A DNA stretch of 64,000 nt, from the NCBI GenBank assembly GCA_965649265.1, contig CBFGKC010000001.1, positions 306,931 through 370,930 on the forward strand, read 5' to 3'. Shown in pieces: positions 49,492 through 60,800 of this stretch. The stretch is from a candidate division WOR-3 bacterium (GTDB lineage: Bacteria > Hydrothermota > Tepidihabitantia > B3-TA06). Under the pieces are notes generated by a model that did no database searches, was not told the DNA's origin, and saw nothing but the letters and a program-made list of their open reading frames with translations. Position 1 is the stretch's first letter; the number at the start of each line of letters is the position of its first letter. The position numbers and the translations under genes were made by a program.

Positions 49492-51069
49492 ATGATAGGT
49501 TTATTTTTGATGCTGGTTTCGTCAGCCGACTGCGGGGCACTGGACGTTATTGCCCTGGGGTCAATTGAATCGAGGCACGCTTTTGTTGATTCGCTCTCGA
49601 GTGCTGACAAAGCAGGTACGGCTCAAATGCTTGTCGATGCCTTGGCATGCGAATCCGAACAGACGAGGATGTTTGCCGCGGAGGCACTCGGTTATCTGCG
49701 TGATCCGTCTGCAACAGGTTCGCTCGTTAAAGCCCTCTTGTCTCCTTCGGTCGGTGTTCGCTACGAGGCGGCGTGGGCACTTGGACTTCTGAAAGACACT
49801 TCGGCAGTCGAGCCTCTCATAAAGGCATTGTTCAGCGAAGCGGCACCGGTGCGGACAAATGCTGCATGGTCGCTGGGCGAAATAGGCGACAAGCGTGCGG
49901 TAACGTCTCTCATGAAAGCGCTCGACGATCCCGACGGCAGAGTGAGAGAAAACTCCATAGAGGCGCTCGGAAAGCTTGGTGCAGGCGAGGCTGTTGACGT
50001 TTTGATGAGCAGGGCGACGACGACTAAGGGGTCTGAGAAAACCAAAACCCTTATTGCCCTTGCGATGATTGTTGATGCCAGATCCGCGTCAATGATCGCT
50101 CAGGCCGCTGCAGATCAATCGACAGCACAGAGACCGCTTCTCGTCGAGGCTCTGGGTAAAATCGCCGATACCTCATCTGTCCCCGTTCTCATATCCCTCC
50201 TCTCCGATCCCATGTGGTCGGTTCGTGCAAAAGCGGCCTGGTCGCTGGGGCAGATCGGTGACAAGCGGGCCCTTGATCCGCTTCTTTCCGCGGCACTCGA
50301 CTCAAAACCCGAAGTGAGGCAGTCGGTTTTCCAGGCCCTGGGCTGGCTGGAAGAGATCAAGGCCGAGGATGCGCTTATCAGCGGTCTCGCGGACGCCAAC
50401 GTTCTCTGTGTTATGAGCGCCGCTCATGCTCTGGGAGTTCTCGGGAGCAAGAAGGCGGTGGAGCCTCTGGCAAAACTGCTTTCCGACAAATCGGCGCAAG
50501 TCCGGCTGGAGGCCGTGTTCGCGCTGGGAGCTATCGGCGATCCGTCCGCCGCAACAAATATCCGCCCGCTGCTTTCCGATGCCGCCTGGGAGGTAGAAGG
50601 GGCAGCGGTGAGGGCTCTCGGAAGGCTTCACGACACCGCGTCAGTCGAGCTTCTCGGTACCGTTCTTGCCCACAACTTCTGGAACATCAGACTCGAAGGC
50701 GTGAAGGCGCTTGGTTTCATCGGTTCCGCGAAAGCACTTCCAATGCTCGAAAGATATTACAATGATGAGCACACGGATACGAGGCTCTGGGCACGTCTTG
50801 CGGCAATCAAGCTGGGAGGAGATCCGGAAAAGTTGATATCCTCACTAACGAACGAGAAACCTTCCCGTGAGGTGCTTGAAGTGGCAAGCTTGCTTGCCGG
50901 AAAGAGCGATACCCTTGGTCAGTGGCAGGGAGACTTGGACGATGAAAGACTCGATCTCCTCCTCCTCCTTCACACCCCTGGGGCACGAACTCTTCTCGAG
51001 AAATTACCCGTGCCTGCGGACAAATGGCTGTTGAAGGAGAAACGGCTTATTACTCTTCGTCAGTGGTAG
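49492..51069 (+). CDS. HEAT/PBS-lyase repeat protein
   Basis: More than 10 repeats of VR..AA.ALG.IGD..AV..L..AL.D; SD GGAGG before ATG 49492. Confidence 0.9.
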   Translation: MIGLFLMLVSSADCGALDVIALGSIESRHAFVDSLSSADKAGTAQMLVDALACESEQTRMFAAEALGYLRDPSATGSLVKALLSPSVGVRYEAAWALGLLKDTSAVEPLIKALFSEAAPVRTNAAWSLGEIGDKRAVTSLMKALDDPDGRVRENSIEALGKLGAGEAVDVLMSRATTTKGSEKTKTLIALAMIVDARSASMIAQAAADQSTAQRPLLVEALGKIADTSSVPVLISLLSDPMWSVRAKAAWSLGQIGDKRALDPLLSAALDSKPEVRQSVFQALGWLEEIKAEDALISGLADANVLCVMSAAHALGVLGSKKAVEPLAKLLSDKSAQVRLEAVFALGAIGDPSAATNIRPLLSDAAWEVEGAAVRALGRLHDTASVELLGTVLAHNFWNIRLEGVKALGFIGSAKALPMLERYYNDEHTDTRLWARLAAIKLGGDPEKLISSLTNEKPSREVLEVASLLAGKSDTLGQWQGDLDDERLDLLLLLHTPGARTLLEKLPVPADKWLLKEKRLITLRQW

Positions 51070-51169
51070 CAGGTTTTACGTTTTATCAAAGGTTGGGGAA
51101 GTAGTCCTTAGTAAGGAAGGAACACGGGGGTTGGCACGAACCAGGTGTCGTAAATCCCAGGTCAGTTTT

Positions 51170-51212
51170 AAAAAAAGCCTTGTCTGACTTTTTTAAGGTC
51201 AGACAAGGCTTT
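51170..51212 (-). terminator. Long hairpin/terminator downstream of tRNA-Gln
   Basis: AAAGCCTTGTCTGACTTT/AAGGTCAGACAAGGCTTT inverted repeat with A-tract. Confidence 0.75.
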
Positions 51213-51217
51213 GGAAG

Positions 51218-51288
51218 CTGGGGGACAGGGACTCGAACCCCGATTAACTGATCCAGAGTCAGTCGTCCTGCCATTAGACGATCCCCCA
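51218..51288 (-). tRNA. tRNA-Gln(CTG)
   Basis: Reverse strand TGGGGGA...ACTGA-CTCTGGA-TCAGT...GGTTCGAGTCC...TCCCCCAG. Confidence 0.95.
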
Positions 51289-51399
51289 AGATCATGCAAA
51301 TTATAAGAAACCGTCCCGGAAAGTCAAGCAAGTGGAATATTGAGATCGACGCGGTCTCGGACTCGTTGACAAGGCCTCTCTTGTTCTTTAGAATTATAA

Positions 51400-52620
51400 G
51401 TGTCTGGTTTATTGCGTCTTGGTTTCTTTAACCACGCGCGCTATTATTCTGATGGTTTCAAAATAGTAACCTACTCATCTGCTTCCCGATTTCTGAAATC
51501 GCTCGAAGAATATGGCATTTTACTTGCCAGTGTTTGCGCTTCTCTAACTCGTTCTGAAGAACTTATTGGCGAGTCTTCTTCCGGGTTTGCATTGGAAGAT
51601 GCCGTCAGATTCTTCCCTTTGCCTGCATGGCGGGATCTTGAGAATCAACTTAGAATAATGCCTTTCAAGTGGAGAGAAATTTCGCATACTGTCAAACTCT
51701 TCGTCGCATCTTCGGATGTTCTCTGGGTACGCGGTCCGACTCCCTTGCTTGAGCTTATACTGAATGAGGCTCGCAGTCAAAACAAACCGGTTGTGGTTCA
51801 CATGGCCGGAAATATCCGCGGGTTATGGAGAAGCACTAAGCATAAGGGACAGTTAAAAAGGGTACTTGTCCGTGCTGTCTCCGAGGTCCTCCACCGCAGA
51901 TTCCGGAAGGCTCTGCATAGCGAAGCAGTGCTCGCTACTGGCCCTGAACTCGTTGATCTTTACTCGGGTGTAGACAAGAAAGCGGTGCCTTTCGTAGACA
52001 ACCTGGTCGATTTACCGGTATCCCTCACTCCTGCCAGAACAAACCAAGGAAGGCTTCTTTTCGTAGGGCGTGTCGATCACGGAAAGGGATTGTTTGTTAC
52101 ATTGAAAGCCTTGAAGAGGATAAAAGATGGGGGGAGGAGGGTTTCGCTCTTCATAGTCGGTAACGGACCGATCGTTGATATTTTGAAAAAAGAAGCCGTT
52201 GCTCTTGATGTTGAGGATATGATAAAATGGCGTGGTTTTGTACCCTACGGAGACGAACTCGATCGGGAATACAAGGAGAGTCATGCACTTATTCTTCCCT
52301 CGGAATCAACGGAGGGCTTCCCAAGGGTAATTCTTGAGGCTTGGGCGAAGGGGGTACCTGTTATAGCCTCAAATATAGGTGGAATTTCTCGAATAATTAC
52401 AAACGGTCGTGACGGTATTCTTGTTCCTCCCTCCGACGATATGGCCCTGGCTGCAGCTATCCTGCAACTTATTACAAGCGATAAGCTTAGAACCAGAATT
52501 GTTGAAGGCGCTCGTGAGTCATTAAAACCCTGGACGCTTCGTAATCAGTCTTTCGTGGCTGCGCAGACCTTAAAAGAAGCCTATAACAGGGCCTATAAAA
52601 GCCCAAAAACCTTTTTTTAG
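51400..52620 (+). CDS. GT4 glycosyltransferase
   Basis: LLFVGRV...KG; EGFPRVILEAWAKGVPVIASNIGG. Confidence 0.9.
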   Translation: MSGLLRLGFFNHARYYSDGFKIVTYSSASRFLKSLEEYGILLASVCASLTRSEELIGESSSGFALEDAVRFFPLPAWRDLENQLRIMPFKWREISHTVKLFVASSDVLWVRGPTPLLELILNEARSQNKPVVVHMAGNIRGLWRSTKHKGQLKRVLVRAVSEVLHRRFRKALHSEAVLATGPELVDLYSGVDKKAVPFVDNLVDLPVSLTPARTNQGRLLFVGRVDHGKGLFVTLKALKRIKDGGRRVSLFIVGNGPIVDILKKEAVALDVEDMIKWRGFVPYGDELDREYKESHALILPSESTEGFPRVILEAWAKGVPVIASNIGGISRIITNGRDGILVPPSDDMALAAAILQLITSDKLRTRIVEGARESLKPWTLRNQSFVAAQTLKEAYNRAYKSPKTFF

Positions 52621-52692
52621 CACTCTTGACATCTTTGAAATAAGCCCTAATATCTATAAAATTTTAGAACTGAAATCGATTTAGGAGGACTG

Positions 52693-53784
52693 ATGAATGG
52701 AAAGATAACCCTCTCCGTCATCAAGGCCGATATCGGTGGGTACGTAGGTCACTCGTCATCTCATCCTGAGGTGATGGCAAAGGCCGAAGCCCTGCTCGAT
52801 GCAGCCAAACGTGACGGCAAGATAATAGATTTTTCCGTACTTGCCTGCGGTGACGATCTTGAATTAATAATGACGCATACCAAGGGCGTTGACAATGACG
52901 CTGTTCACAAGCTTGCCTGGGACATATTCGTTGAAGGCACAGAGGTAGCAAAGAAACTCAAGCTGTATGGTGCAGGACAGGACCTTCTGGCCGACGCTTT
53001 CTCGGGAAACGTCAAGGGTATGGGACCCGGATGCGCGGAGATGGAGATAGAGGAACGCAAGAGCGAACCTGTGTTAATCTTCATGGCCGACAAGACCTCT
53101 CCCGGGGCTTGGAATTATCCCTTGTACAAGATATTCGCCGATCCCTTCAACACCGCCGGCCTCGTAATCGATCAGACCATGCACGACGGCTTCATCTTCG
53201 AGGTAAGCGATCCCTATGCAGGCAAGATGGTAAAACTGTCCACACCTGAGGAGAGTTACGATCTCCTTGCTCTCATCGGGAGCCACGAGCATTACATCAT
53301 CGACGCCATCTACAAGAAGGATGGTACGATAGCGGCAAAAGCCTCGACCCAGAAGCTTGCCCTAATCGCCGGCAAGTACGTGGGCAAGGACGACCCCGTC
53401 CTGATCGTACGTGCCCAGTCCGGCCTTCCCGCGGTCGGCGAGGTGATGGAGCCGTTCAGCTTCCCACACATCGTCTCCGGATGGATGCGCGGTTCACACA
53501 ACGGCCCCATAATGCCTGTGAGCTTCAAACAGGCGACGCCTACACGTTTTGACGGCCCTCCTCGCGTGATAGCGGCAGGATTCCAGCTTGCCGAGGGCAA
53601 GCTTATCGGACCTCGTGACATGTTCGACGACCCGTCGTATGATCGCTCACGTGCAATGGCGAACGAGATTGCCGACTACATGCGCCGTCATGGTCCGTTT
53701 GAACCGGGAAGGCTGCCCAAGGAAGACATGGAATACACAACACTTCCGCACGTGCTTGAGAAGCTTAAGGGCAGGTTCTCCTAG
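52693..53784 (+). CDS. fbp: Bifunctional fructose-1,6-bisphosphate aldolase/phosphatase (class V FBPase)
   Basis: SVIKADIGGYVGH, GDD, YGAGQDLL, YVGKDDPV, GWMRGSH, RRHGPFEP, MEYTTLP. Confidence 0.95.
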   Translation: MNGKITLSVIKADIGGYVGHSSSHPEVMAKAEALLDAAKRDGKIIDFSVLACGDDLELIMTHTKGVDNDAVHKLAWDIFVEGTEVAKKLKLYGAGQDLLADAFSGNVKGMGPGCAEMEIEERKSEPVLIFMADKTSPGAWNYPLYKIFADPFNTAGLVIDQTMHDGFIFEVSDPYAGKMVKLSTPEESYDLLALIGSHEHYIIDAIYKKDGTIAAKASTQKLALIAGKYVGKDDPVLIVRAQSGLPAVGEVMEPFSFPHIVSGWMRGSHNGPIMPVSFKQATPTRFDGPPRVIAAGFQLAEGKLIGPRDMFDDPSYDRSRAMANEIADYMRRHGPFEPGRLPKEDMEYTTLPHVLEKLKGRFS

Positions 53785-54638
53785 TGTTTTCAAGGAAGAA
53801 CGTCCGGTCTGCGGCCGCAAAGAAGCTTGAACTCGAAGAAGGCTTGTGGCTAAAGTGCGAAAGCTGCGGGGAGATACTTTACCGCCGCGAGCTTGAGCAG
53901 GCATACTGGATATGCCCGAAGTGTAATTTCCACTTCAGGGTAGGCCATAAAACTTATATAAAGTTACTTCTCGACGAAGAGAGACTCGAAGAAATAGACA
54001 AAGGGCTCGTGCCTTCAGATCCTTTGAATTTTCCCAAATATAAAGAGAAGTACAAGGAAAATGTCAAGAAAACAGGCATGGAGGAGGGTATAATCTCCGG
54101 ACGGGCCGCTATCGCGGGAATTCCGGTCATATTTTCGGCGACAGACTTCGCATTCATGGGCGGGAGCATGGGATCCGTCGTCGGCGAGAAAGTCGCAAGG
54201 GCTGCCAGACTCTCGCTTGAGGAGCGCAAGCCTTTCGTAATGCTTACGGCCTCGGGAGGCGGGGCTCGGATGCAGGAGGGGATATTCTCCCTCATGCAGA
54301 TGGCCAAGACGTCGGCCGAGGTCGCGCTTCTTAGAAAGGCAGGCATTCCCTACATCAACATTCTTACCCATCCCACAATGGCTGGCGTGATGGCTTCCTT
54401 CGCCTCCCTGGGGGACGTTATTATCGCCGAACCCGGCGCCCTCCTGGGATTCACCGGTTCCCGTGTGATAGAACAGACCATCGGCGAGAAGCTTCCCCCG
54501 GGCTTCCAGCGCTCGGAGTTTCTCATGGAACACGGGTTTATCGACATCGTTTGTCCAAGAGGCGAACTCCGTAACACCCTTGCCAAAGTTCTAAGTATAC
54601 TTGTCGAACCCTACAAGGAGACTGCAGCAAGAGTATAA
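53784..54638 (+). CDS. accD: Acetyl-CoA carboxylase carboxyltransferase beta subunit
   Basis: LWLKC..C...CPKC Zn finger; FMGGSMGSVVGEK; GGARMQEG; FQRSEFLMEHG. Confidence 0.95.
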   Translation: MFSRKNVRSAAAKKLELEEGLWLKCESCGEILYRRELEQAYWICPKCNFHFRVGHKTYIKLLLDEERLEEIDKGLVPSDPLNFPKYKEKYKENVKKTGMEEGIISGRAAIAGIPVIFSATDFAFMGGSMGSVVGEKVARAARLSLEERKPFVMLTASGGGARMQEGIFSLMQMAKTSAEVALLRKAGIPYINILTHPTMAGVMASFASLGDVIIAEPGALLGFTGSRVIEQTIGEKLPPGFQRSEFLMEHGFIDIVCPRGELRNTLAKVLSILVEPYKETAARV

Positions 54639-54792
54639 ACAAAAATGTAATAAATTAAGAAAACGGGCCGAAGGGCCCATTTTCTTTATAACCCAACCTG
54701 TGGTGCAACAATCAAGATTTTTTTCCGTCTTTAAAAGCCAGATATACTTGAAAAGTTGCTTGGCAGTAGCACTAACGGCAAATTGATATAAC

Positions 54793-54894
54793 TAACTGTT
54801 CAGTAATAAAATAAAAACAGTTAATCATCTTTTCCCTTGACAAGGCATTAAATTCCATTATAATCTAAGATCTTTGTAACTTACCAGACAGTAA
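54793..54894 (+). promoter_or_regulatory. Promoter and candidate TetR operators of the efflux operon
   Basis: TTGACA(54837)-16-TATAAT; imperfect palindromes TAACTGTTCAGTAA (54793) and TTACCAGACAGTAA (54881). Confidence 0.6.
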
Positions 54895-54915
54895 TTTATT
54901 TAGAAAGGCAGGAGA

Positions 54916-55575
54916 ATGCAGAATGATAAATTCGATGCTGAAAAGTTAGAGCAAAAACCACAGGAGAGAAAGCCTGCGGAGGTTCGTCGTTTTGAGATTC
55001 TCTATGCCGCAAGGGAGTTGTTCGTTGAAAAGGGTTTTGACAGGGTAAGTATGGATGACGTGGCTGAAAGGGTAAAAATCTCCAAGGCTGCCGTTTATAT
55101 TTATTTCCCGAGCAAGGCGGAACTCTTCCTCGAAACGATCGGTCAGGCGGTAGACAAACTCGTGTCCGATCTCGAAACGAGCTTCAGCGATCCTCCGCAT
55201 CGTACGACCGTTGAAAAATTGAGCTCTGCGAACAAGGCGCTTCAGCGTTATTCGCCTGTGTTCACAATGACACACCACATGTCCGAGAGCGGGTTCCCTG
55301 ATGAAGTTTTCCCCCCTCGTGTCATCAAGCTGTTCATTAAAAAGATGACCGAACGCAAGCAAAGGATTTGGAGCATGTTGAGGGACGTTTTTGAACACGG
55401 TCAGAACGAGGGCGAGATTCGGATCGATCTGCCTGCCGGGGAACTTGCCAAGCTTTTTGCCATCTACGGTATGCTTCTTGCAAATTCCGAAGTGGCTTAC
55501 CAAACCGCAAAGGAAGTTCTATTGAAGGGAATATTAAGAAATAACGAAGAAAACCTCTCCAAGGAGGCTAGATGA
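54916..55575 (+). CDS. TetR/AcrR-family regulator
   Basis: AARELFVEKGFDRVSMDDVAERVKISKAAVYIYFPSKAELF. Confidence 0.92.
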   Translation: MQNDKFDAEKLEQKPQERKPAEVRRFEILYAARELFVEKGFDRVSMDDVAERVKISKAAVYIYFPSKAELFLETIGQAVDKLVSDLETSFSDPPHRTTVEKLSSANKALQRYSPVFTMTHHMSESGFPDEVFPPRVIKLFIKKMTERKQRIWSMLRDVFEHGQNEGEIRIDLPAGELAKLFAIYGMLLANSEVAYQTAKEVLLKGILRNNEENLSKEAR

Positions 55576-56909
55576 CAAGAAATTCAGGATGGCTTTTGCT
55601 GCCGCTTTTGTTGGGAGCATGCTCTCTGAAAGCCATCACTTACGATGAAGCCATAAAGATCGCGTTCGCGAATAACACCGGTCTTTCGGTTACCGATCTG
55701 GGGATAAGAGAATCCGAGGAACAGCTTGCCCAGACCCGGGCCTCGTTTTCACCCTCGGTTTCCTTCAAGGGTTCTTACACCAGGCTTGGAACCATACCTA
55801 TAACGAAAATAGCAGGCTACGAGATACCCATGGGGCTTGCGGATAACTATTCGGCCGGATTCTCGGTTACGGTTCCGCTCTTTCTGGGCGGCAAGAGAGC
55901 ATGGGGGGAAGAGATTTCAAAGCTCGGCGTAGACGCGGCCCTTGAGCAAAGCATGTTAGCCCGATCCGACCTTCACTCGCAGGTGACCGCCGCGTTTTAC
56001 GGTCTCCTCCTGGCCGAGGAGGCCGAAAAGATATCGACCGCCAATCTCAAAAAGGCCGAAGATAAACTTACAGAAACCCGGGCCCGCTGGAAGGTCGGTT
56101 ACGCATCTTCCCTCGATCTCAAACAGGACGAGGTTGCCGTTTCGCAGGCAAGGGCGTCGCTAATCTCGGCCCAGAACTCGACCCTCAAGGCCCAGCAGTT
56201 TCTCAATCTTGTCCTGGGTCAGTCGGTATCGACTCCACAGCATGCCGAAGGTTCCCTCGAGATGAAATATGAGGAGATGGGGCTTGATTCCCTAGTTTCC
56301 AGGGCACTCGAACAAAGGCCTGAGGTGACCGCCCTCGATCGTGCCAAAAAAATGAGCAAACTCTCAAGATCGATTGCGCGTTCTTCATACACGCCTTCAC
56401 TGGTCTTCGTGACCCAGCCCACGTGGCAGAATCCATATAAGTCCGAGGACTCCTGGGGTTCTTCTATCTCAGCCACTGTAGCTCTGGAGTGGCCGCTGTA
56501 TGACGGGGGAAAGGGGCTATCCCAGGTTCGCGAGGCCGAAATCCGGCTCAAGAAAATAGAATATTCAAAGACGCAGGCCGAGGAAGGGATCGAGCTTGAA
56601 GTAAGACAGGCTTATGCTTCCTGGATCGAGGCCAGCCAGCAGTTGCTCGTGCAGCAAACTCTCGGGGCCCAGATGGCCGAGCTTTCCAGGATGGCCGACG
56701 AGCAGTACAAGACAGGTGTCATAAGTTCCCTCGACTACCAGACGATAGAGCTTTCCAAAACCCAGGCCGAGCTTGCCCGGTTGGCCGCACTTTATCAGAT
56801 GATTATTGCACGCGAGAAGCTCATAACCTCGGCGTGGCTCTGGGACGAGAGGACTTTAGAGGAATTCAAGAATCAAAGTGTCACCGACACCAACGAGGAG
56901 TATAAATGA
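55572..56909 (+). CDS. TolC-family outer-membrane protein
   Basis: Duplicated OEP halves; VPLFLGG and WPLYDGG. Confidence 0.9.
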   Translation: MTRNSGWLLLPLLLGACSLKAITYDEAIKIAFANNTGLSVTDLGIRESEEQLAQTRASFSPSVSFKGSYTRLGTIPITKIAGYEIPMGLADNYSAGFSVTVPLFLGGKRAWGEEISKLGVDAALEQSMLARSDLHSQVTAAFYGLLLAEEAEKISTANLKKAEDKLTETRARWKVGYASSLDLKQDEVAVSQARASLISAQNSTLKAQQFLNLVLGQSVSTPQHAEGSLEMKYEEMGLDSLVSRALEQRPEVTALDRAKKMSKLSRSIARSSYTPSLVFVTQPTWQNPYKSEDSWGSSISATVALEWPLYDGGKGLSQVREAEIRLKKIEYSKTQAEEGIELEVRQAYASWIEASQQLLVQQTLGAQMAELSRMADEQYKTGVISSLDYQTIELSKTQAELARLAALYQMIIAREKLITSAWLWDERTLEEFKNQSVTDTNEEYK

Positions 56910-57853
56910 AGAAATTAGTAAAAATTTTTCTTGCAACCTTAACGCCGTTGCTTGCGATGGTTCTCATTATTTCATGCGGTACGTCTTCCAGATCAACGCA
57001 GGAAGAGAAACTGCCTGCGGCAGTAATCATTACCAATCCTGCGCCTCGGAGCATTGAACGAACTGTGCGATTTTCGGGAACGCTCAAGGGATCCAGGGAA
57101 GTCATGGTTTACCCCCCCCTCCCCGGGAAGTTCATGGGTTATGCCGTTTCTGAGGGTTCATACGTGTCAAAAGGCTCGACGGTCGCCCAGATTGACAGGG
57201 ATGTGCCCGGAGTCGCTTACGAGCCGGTGCCAATAGAGGCGCCCATAACCGGCCGTTTTTTTTACACCGGAACCAACCAGGGCGAGATGGTTGCTCCCCA
57301 GATGCCTATAGGAAGGGTCTCGGAGACGTCCGTGCTAAAGATGGCCTTCAACATTCCCGAGAAGTACATCTCCAACGTCGCACAGGGAAGCAGGGCTGAA
57401 ATTAGCGTTCCAACCGCAGAATACACTTCCACTGCTACGCTTACCCGTGTATCCCGTTTCGTCGACCAGCGGTCGGGCTCGGCGCAAGCAGAAGCGAGTG
57501 TATCCAATTCCCCGGGTGACCTCGCGCCCGGCATGTATGCGGAGATCTCGGTGATAGTGGCGCAGAAGAAAGCGGCTCTTGCCCTTCCTATCGATTGTGT
57601 CCTGGGTCTGAACAGCAAATTCGTTTACGTAGTTACTGACACTAAAACTGAGACAATTGAAGGAAAGAAGTACGAGGTAGGTAAGGCGGTCAAGCGCGAC
57701 GTCGAGGTGGGGCTTGAGGACGGCAAATACCAGGAAATCGTTTCTGGCCTCACCTCCGGGGACAAGGTTCTCTACGTCGGTCAGCGCATAGTCGAGGAAG
57801 GGACAAAGGTCAGGGTTACAGATACCTATGTTCAGGCGGAGAGCAATCAATGA
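56906..57853 (+). CDS. RND periplasmic adaptor (short, hairpin-less lipoprotein)
   Basis: IISC lipobox; EGSYVSKG immediately followed by IEAPITG; PGMYA. Confidence 0.85.
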   Translation: MKKLVKIFLATLTPLLAMVLIISCGTSSRSTQEEKLPAAVIITNPAPRSIERTVRFSGTLKGSREVMVYPPLPGKFMGYAVSEGSYVSKGSTVAQIDRDVPGVAYEPVPIEAPITGRFFYTGTNQGEMVAPQMPIGRVSETSVLKMAFNIPEKYISNVAQGSRAEISVPTAEYTSTATLTRVSRFVDQRSGSAQAEASVSNSPGDLAPGMYAEISVIVAQKKAALALPIDCVLGLNSKFVYVVTDTKTETIEGKKYEVGKAVKRDVEVGLEDGKYQEIVSGLTSGDKVLYVGQRIVEEGTKVRVTDTYVQAESNQ

Positions 57854-60800
57854 CCAGGATAGCTATACGCAGGGCCGTACTCACAGCCGTCGTTTTCGTT
57901 GTGATACTTATCTTCGGAGGCATATCTCTGTCGCGTCTGCCCGTTGATTTTCTACCGGACGTGACTCTCCCTACCATTACCGTGATTACACCTTACATCG
58001 GCGCATCCGCAGAGGACGTAGAAAAGAACGTTTCAGAGCCTCTTGAAGAGGCGTTCTCGAACGTCCCCGATATAAAAGAAGTTCGATCCACCTCCCAGGA
58101 GGGGGTCTCATCGGTATTCGTTACCTTTGAGTTCGGCAAGAATCTCGATGAGGCATCCAACGAGATGCGCGACCGAATTGACCTTGTCAAATCAGGTTTC
58201 CCCGACGGCGTGGAGGATCCGATTCTTTTCAAGTTCAGCACGTCCCAGATACCGGTCATGGAGTACGCCGTAACTTCATCCGATCCCCGCACAGACCTTG
58301 CACAACTTCTCGACAACAAGCTGGTAAATGATCTGAAACGCGCCAGCGGTGTCGGGAACGTATCCGCCATGCACGGAGCCTCGAAAAGGGAGGTTACCGT
58401 GACCTTCGACCGGTCAAAGTTCGAACAGTCGGGTTTAACAATTGACGGAATCGCAGGGTCCCTTGCGGCTTCGAACGTCAACTTCCCGGTGGGCGAAGTC
58501 AAACGCGGCAATACCAATCTCACGCTTCGGGTACCTGCGGAGTTCAAGACTGTGAAAGAGATATCGGAGATTCCCGTAGGTTTTTCCGGAACGCAGCTCA
58601 TAAGGCTTGGTGATATTGCCGACGTCAGAGAAGATATCCACAAGTCCAAAGTTGCTATGCGGGCCAACGGAATAGAGGGTTCCTTTATCATCATACAGAA
58701 GCGTGCCGGAGCCAACACTGTGCAAACCGCCAAAAACGTCGAGAAAATCATAAAGGATATAGAGAAAACCTATCCTGAACTGAAATTCACCCTGGTGTTC
58801 AACTCCGCAAACATCATAACCACATCAATCAACAATCTGCTGCAAACGCTTCTGATTGCTTTCATATTTGTCGTGATCGTTTCCTTCCTGCTTTTAGGTA
58901 ACGCGTCAGCGGGATGGATAACGTCGGTGACCATTCCTGTATCGCTCATCGCGGCTTTTATTTATTACAATCTCGCCGGCGAATCCTTGAACATCGTTAC
59001 CCTTTCCGCCCTGGCTATAACGATAGGAATGGTTGTGGACAACGGCATTGTGGTGCTCGAAAACATCTTTAGACTGCGAGAAAGGGGCCGAGAACCTTAT
59101 GCCGCCGCCGAATTCGGGACATCGGAAGTTGCAGGAGCCGTTCTTGCCTCGACCCTCACGACAGTAGTCATTTTCATTCCATTCCTCATGGTCAAAGGGT
59201 TCATCGGCGTTTACTTCAGGGGGATGTCCATAGCCATTCCCGTAATTCTATTTGCCTCGCTCTTTACCGCTGTTACTTTGACACCTATGCTTGCTTCAAG
59301 GTTTCTCAAGATGAACAAGCCGGTGACCAAACAGGGAAAGACTCCCGTATTCCAGTGGATCCCCAAGGGGCTCGACGCGCTTGAAAGATGGTATCGCGGG
59401 ATTCTGGGCTGGTCCTTGTCACACCGCCTTGCCGTGGTTCTAATAGCGGTGGGCCTTTTTGCCGGCGGCCTGGTCCTTTTCCGCTTCATTCCTACTTCAT
59501 TCATCGGGGGAGGAGCTTCCCCCTTCATACAGGGCAACATCACGATGCCTGCGGGAACGAGCTTTGAAATTACCGACAGCATTACGTCATATGTTGAAAA
59601 GGAAGTACGTAAGGTTCCTGAGGTCAAGGACGTAATGGTCATGGGCGGAAACTACAGCGGTCAGATGATGGACGAGGTTGGCTCGGAATCGCAAACCCAG
59701 GTTTTTGTGACCATCAAGGATGACGCAAAACGTGATGCGTATGCTGTAGCGAGAGACATCAACAGCAGGCTGCGCGACCTCTCCGGTGTCAAAAAACTCT
59801 ACTTTGCGGCCAGGGGAGGCGGCCCGACAGGTGGAAGCAAGGACATAACCATTGAGGTCTACGGATACGACATACCCACCACTGACAGCCTTGCGAAGTA
59901 TATCGCAGATAATCTTGAACGTACGGCCGGCTTTGAGGGAGTTGAGATCAGCCGGGAATCCGGACGCCCTGAGCTGTGGCTCGAGATCAACCGTGAGAGA
60001 GCTTATGCCGTGGGTCTTACCCCGGCGCAAGTTGGATTGTTTCTTCGCAACGTGACGCTCGGCAAAGTAGCCACGGAATTCACTTCCGAGGGCGACAAGC
60101 TCGAGGTTGTGCTCAGATTCTCAGGTTCCGAGGACTGGACTGAGATGGATTTCGAGTCGATGATGGTTCCTACGCCAATGGGTGGCGCTGTCCCTCTGGC
60201 CAATCTCGTACAGTTTGTTCCTCACCAGGGGCCGCTGTCCATAGAGCGAAAGGAGGGCGAGCGGCTCGTCAAGGTCGATGCCAATCTTTTCAAAGAAAAG
60301 CGCTCACTCGGCCAGGCGACAGGCTACATCAGGGACACCCTCTTCAAAAGGATAGATTTCCCTTACGGAACAAGGGCGGCCATTTCCGGTCAGGCCCAGG
60401 ATCAGCAGGAGTCTTTCCAGTCGCTGTTCTTCGCCCTCATCATCGGGATCGTACTCGTATTCCTCGTAATGGCCGCGCAGTTCGAGAGCTTCCGGGAGCC
60501 GTTCATCATTCTATTCTCTATCCCGTTCGCGTTCACCGGTGTTGCCTTGTCGCTTTTCATCGGCCGCTCGACACTCGGCATCATGGCCTTCGTGGGTATG
60601 ATCCTTCTTGTCGGTGTAGTTGTTAATAACGCCATCGTTCTTGTTGAATACATCAACCTTCTGCGCCGCAGGAATATTCCACTCCGGGAGGCGGTCATCG
60701 ACGCCGGCAGAAGGCGTTTGCGTCCGGTGCTCATGACTACGCTTACCACGGTATTTGGTCTGGTGCCCCTGGCTTTTATTCCCACAAAGGGTTCAGAGAT

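Noticed and set aside
51086-51331. 81-aa ORF (also 16012-16200)
   Set aside because: These overlap tRNA genes and their terminators.
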